A DNA stretch of 64,000 nt from Eledone cirrhosa. Taxonomy: Eukaryota. Location of the stretch: positions 215,822,001 to 215,886,000 of the forward strand of contig OZ024743.1 of the NCBI GenBank assembly GCA_964016885.1, given 5' to 3'. The notes beneath the pieces were generated by a model that had not been told where the DNA came from, did not search any database, and worked only from the letters and a program-made list of their open reading frames with translations. The translations under genes were made by a program, and so were the position numbers. Below are positions 60,383 through 64,000 of this stretch, one piece after another; within the stretch, counting starts at the first letter, position 1; every line of letters starts with the position of its first letter.

Positions 60383-62239
60383 TATACATATATACGTACA
60401 TGTTCCTTTGAATGACAATAATGGGCCTAAGATCATTGATCGAAGTAACTCAATTTCGTCATTTCCTTCGAAAACATAATGTTACTTAGCAATGAGAAAA
60501 TAAATCGTTTGCAAGACAATATTTATCATAGTTTATACTCCACCATTGAGATATACAGACGTGTGTAACTCAATATCATTTTGTAAGACAAATCACCTTT
60601 TCCATATTCTTTTGAATCATTGCTTGTATTATAGAAAAGTATTGTTCATATGTTTGTTTATACATGTGTTTTTATTGTGAAGCTTGAAATGATTAAAATA
60701 TTCTTTTGATGAATTGTAATTTTCTAATCACTAACTAATCACTAGTAGCACTAAGACACAGTTTAAGCCTAATAGTGGAGTTTATAAAACATACTTTATT
60801 TTTAAATACAGTAAACGTAAAGTAGCCTAGCCATCAAAGAAAGAATAATATTTCGTAATGAAAAATTATTATTGTATATTTTTCTCCGCCAAAATATCAC
60901 AACCTTATAAGAACGATCTAAGTTGCTGTTTCAGAATTTACTCTTCTTTCATCAATGGTATTCACTCAACCGATTATTTTGGGTTACAACTAGTTGCTGG
61001 CGATATTCATGTACATCGAAAACTTTGACTAGAAATGATCTTTTGCATATAATATGTTATTTATAGTTAATTGACAGTAGCACTAAAAAAGCTTTTAACC
61101 AAAATAGTAGTGTATATTTTCCTTCCTAATTGCATTATGAAATGCCAATAAGCCAATAAGCAAATTAAAAATAATTAAATTATTACTACGTATTTCGGAA
61201 TACGTGTTTGACGACAACGTCAATTTATTACAGTATTCAATTCACCAACAATGAATGACTCATACATAAATTACATGCCTCTATACGCACATACATATAT
61301 ATATATTCGGAGTCGCACAACACAAACAAATAGGAAGAAAAGTTATACTGAAATAGTTAGTTGGCCTTTTGAAATGGCCTTCATTTGAAAGTGAACTTAT
61401 TTGTGGCTAGTCCCAAACAGACAGTGTGTGCTGACCAGAAGCGCAATTACAGATTGTAAGAAAAACGTCATCAAAAAGTCAAATTATTTATGATTGTTTG
61501 GATATTTTCAGGGTATAATTATTTGTTATACGTAAGATAATTCAGTGCGTTTGTTTAGAATGATGAAGTAAAACGATCTTTCGTAATACAAAAAGCATTA
61601 AATATGAAAGCAACTGGTAGTTTTCTATCGCGAAGAAAGTTAGTATCTGCTCGCAGACAATTTTTTTATATGATGAAAATAGATCGATTAACTTTTATCT
61701 ATGTTTAAATCTTTAATGACTAATGATGGTTTTCATTACGTTCCACTGAGGGCATTTATCATGGTCCTTCCAGTTGAATGCTTTTTCTTACTGATGTGTA
61801 GTTTCCTTTGATCTAATCTGTTTCAAGTTCTAAGTACATTTTACACTGGTTTCAAGAGCACATGTACTTTATTTTCGCTTTCAAATACAATAATAACAAA
61901 ATACTCAGAAATAGTATTCACACATTTTCTTTACTGACTCTATTCTTCTGAGTCAATAATTAGCAACCATGTAATGTGAGTTAGGCATTGATTTATTAGC
62001 TACAACTTCACCTGCTTTAGCTCAATGATGCCGCAAGTCAAGTCTCTGAAATATATTTGAATCTAAATACATCAACACCGAAATCATTTCAATATTCATA
62101 ATTTAAACTATTCTTACCGAGAGAATGAATCCTCCAGCATAACTGCTTATAAAAACATATATTACACTCAAGCAAGCCACCTACCAGTTATCCACCAACA
62201 AATACGGGTATTTCACGAGCTGTCTACTGATAAGAATCT

Positions 62240-63200
62240 ACCTTTCCAGGCGTTGTTTTTAGGGAGATGCCTAGCATATTCTAGCGGGCTTGTCAGAATC
62301 AACGATCTCCAGTTCAACCTTTTGGATCTCCAAGAGAGCCCAGCGGAGCTGATGGGAAATATCCTACCGTCCCACTCAGACTCAGCCCCTTGGAATCCCG
62401 TTGGTTGCTTTTGCCTGTAAAATCTGTCCTGCGATTCTTTCCTTGGACATTCTAACCGCATGCCGTATTAGAGCTGTGATATCTCAATATGGAGAAGTAA
62501 CGTCTCAAAGCGAAGCAACAGTTAGTTTTCCGAGTTAAGCATTATATCGAGTAATGTTACTCCGATGACCTTTCTGAGGAACTCCATTTGGTAGTGTTGC
62601 TCTGCTAGAAAATGTTTTGCAGGGGTGGTGTATAGGAATACGGAAACCAGGCATGATGTTTTATTGTGATAATAACGGCTTCTTGCCAAACGAATAAGCG
62701 ACCCCTACGAATGGGAAGGATTAACGTGGAACACTATCATTTCCCATGACTCCTGTCAAAATCCACTCATGTACCAATGACGAAGAAAGTGAAAGCCACC
62801 TCCAAACAAATCTAAAATTCGCAGGTCTTAGAAAAACACCAAATTGGTTACTGACGCAAATATAACCACACAAACGATTACACTTCAGCATGGCCAAAAT
62901 CAATAAGGACACTCATGATGCATCGTCATGCGCGTAGGATATCAAGGCACACATTGAGGTCTTAGGCTGAGGGGCCTGTCAAAAATTCCTCAAAACACTG
63001 GTGATGAGCCTTTAGTCTGTCCTGTGATGCATGCCATGGGCGCACAACTGTGATGTATTCCAATACCCCAAAGGAAATCTCGAATGGAGCAAACCGATTT
63101 TGTTTGCCATTTTCTTTGCTTTCTCATGCACTTCTAACAGCATATATAACAATTTAATTGTTCCACCTTATGGGCTGTGATCATGTAGAGGCGTAATACA
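62240..63200 (-). mobile_element. Degenerate RTE-clade (Expander/Rex3-like) LINE 3' remnant
   Basis: Minus-strand QMEFLRKVIGVTLLD..HAVRMSKERIAGQILQAKATNGIPRG..LRWALLEIQKVEL parallels the RTE C-terminus (EMxFLRR..GHVxRM..RPRG..W). Many stops. Confidence 0.6.
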
Positions 63201-64000
63201 ATGTAAAAATTACGTATATTTCTATTGTAAATATATGTCTATAATCCACCGGCTACATCCTAATATTTACTATTAATGTAAACTCAAATATTTAGATATG
63301 TAATTCACAAGTTCATGATAAGTGACGTATTAACTTTAGTGATGTTAATTTTAAGTGATTTGTTTCTCACTCCCGATGTGTTATAGTGTACGATTCAATT
63401 TTAAAGAAATAGTCTTCTTTGCTATCAACCATTTATATTTATTGAAAATTGAGTTTGAACAATTTGAATATTTTGTTGGCGAATGGAATTAAATAATTCA
63501 TTTATTACATGTCGCTTTAGGTTTTGCAAAAAATAGTTTTAGAATCATTATATATATTTAATGATTTATTTGTTATATTTAAACAACAAGGAACACACTT
63601 CATACTTCTAAATATCTTTGAAAGCGTAATGCAAAAGATTAATCATGGAGTAATTAAAGCATTTTCGAAGTTTAATAATAAATTGTATTAGCTTGCAAAG
63701 AGGATTTTGAATGTTAAAAGAAATTATGTTTTCTTTATTGATGGCTTGCTAAATATAAATTATAAATCGTACACAGAACCAACATTTATTAAGATCATAT
63801 ATATTCTCAGAATTTAAATTGATTTATGGCACTATGTTTTAACGTTCAAACATCCTCTATAAATGGGGGTGAAAAAACTTCAGGAACCCTGTCTGAGTAT
63901 TGCAACTTATTAACAGATCCCGATTCGATTTCAGCTTTGACAAGGCAAAACCGCATATGGTCCTTTGCGATGAACAGTAGCCGAGTAACTAGGAGTGTAA

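Overview
AT-rich animal genomic DNA, most likely an octopod cephalopod (inferred from the tRNA-derived SINE and the repeat landscape). No host gene can be supported. Most ORFs in the track are artefacts of (TA)n, (CA)n and (TATG)n microsatellites. The window is a dense cluster of Penelope-like retroelements (PLEs; RT plus C-terminal GIY-YIG) inserted in (TA)n tracts. These include four distinct Naiad-type subfamilies, two of them essentially full length with direct pLTR repeats, and several 5'-truncated Neptune/Nematis-type copies with fold-back ends. About 27 copies of minimal hammerhead ribozyme motifs can be read by eye, many with non-canonical cores. The most notable signals are three. (i) ORF-less, hammerhead-bounded, retrozyme-like units of about 530-590 nt; two related subfamilies show base-pair covariation, and one copy starts exactly at the predicted cleavage site. 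(ii) A small TA-embedded element with a conserved core and an exchangeable terminal hairpin. (iii) Recurrent insertion end points at ATAT microhomologies. Old HERO-like and RTE-like LINE remnants and four SINE copies are also present. All coordinates and alignments were made by eye and are approximate.
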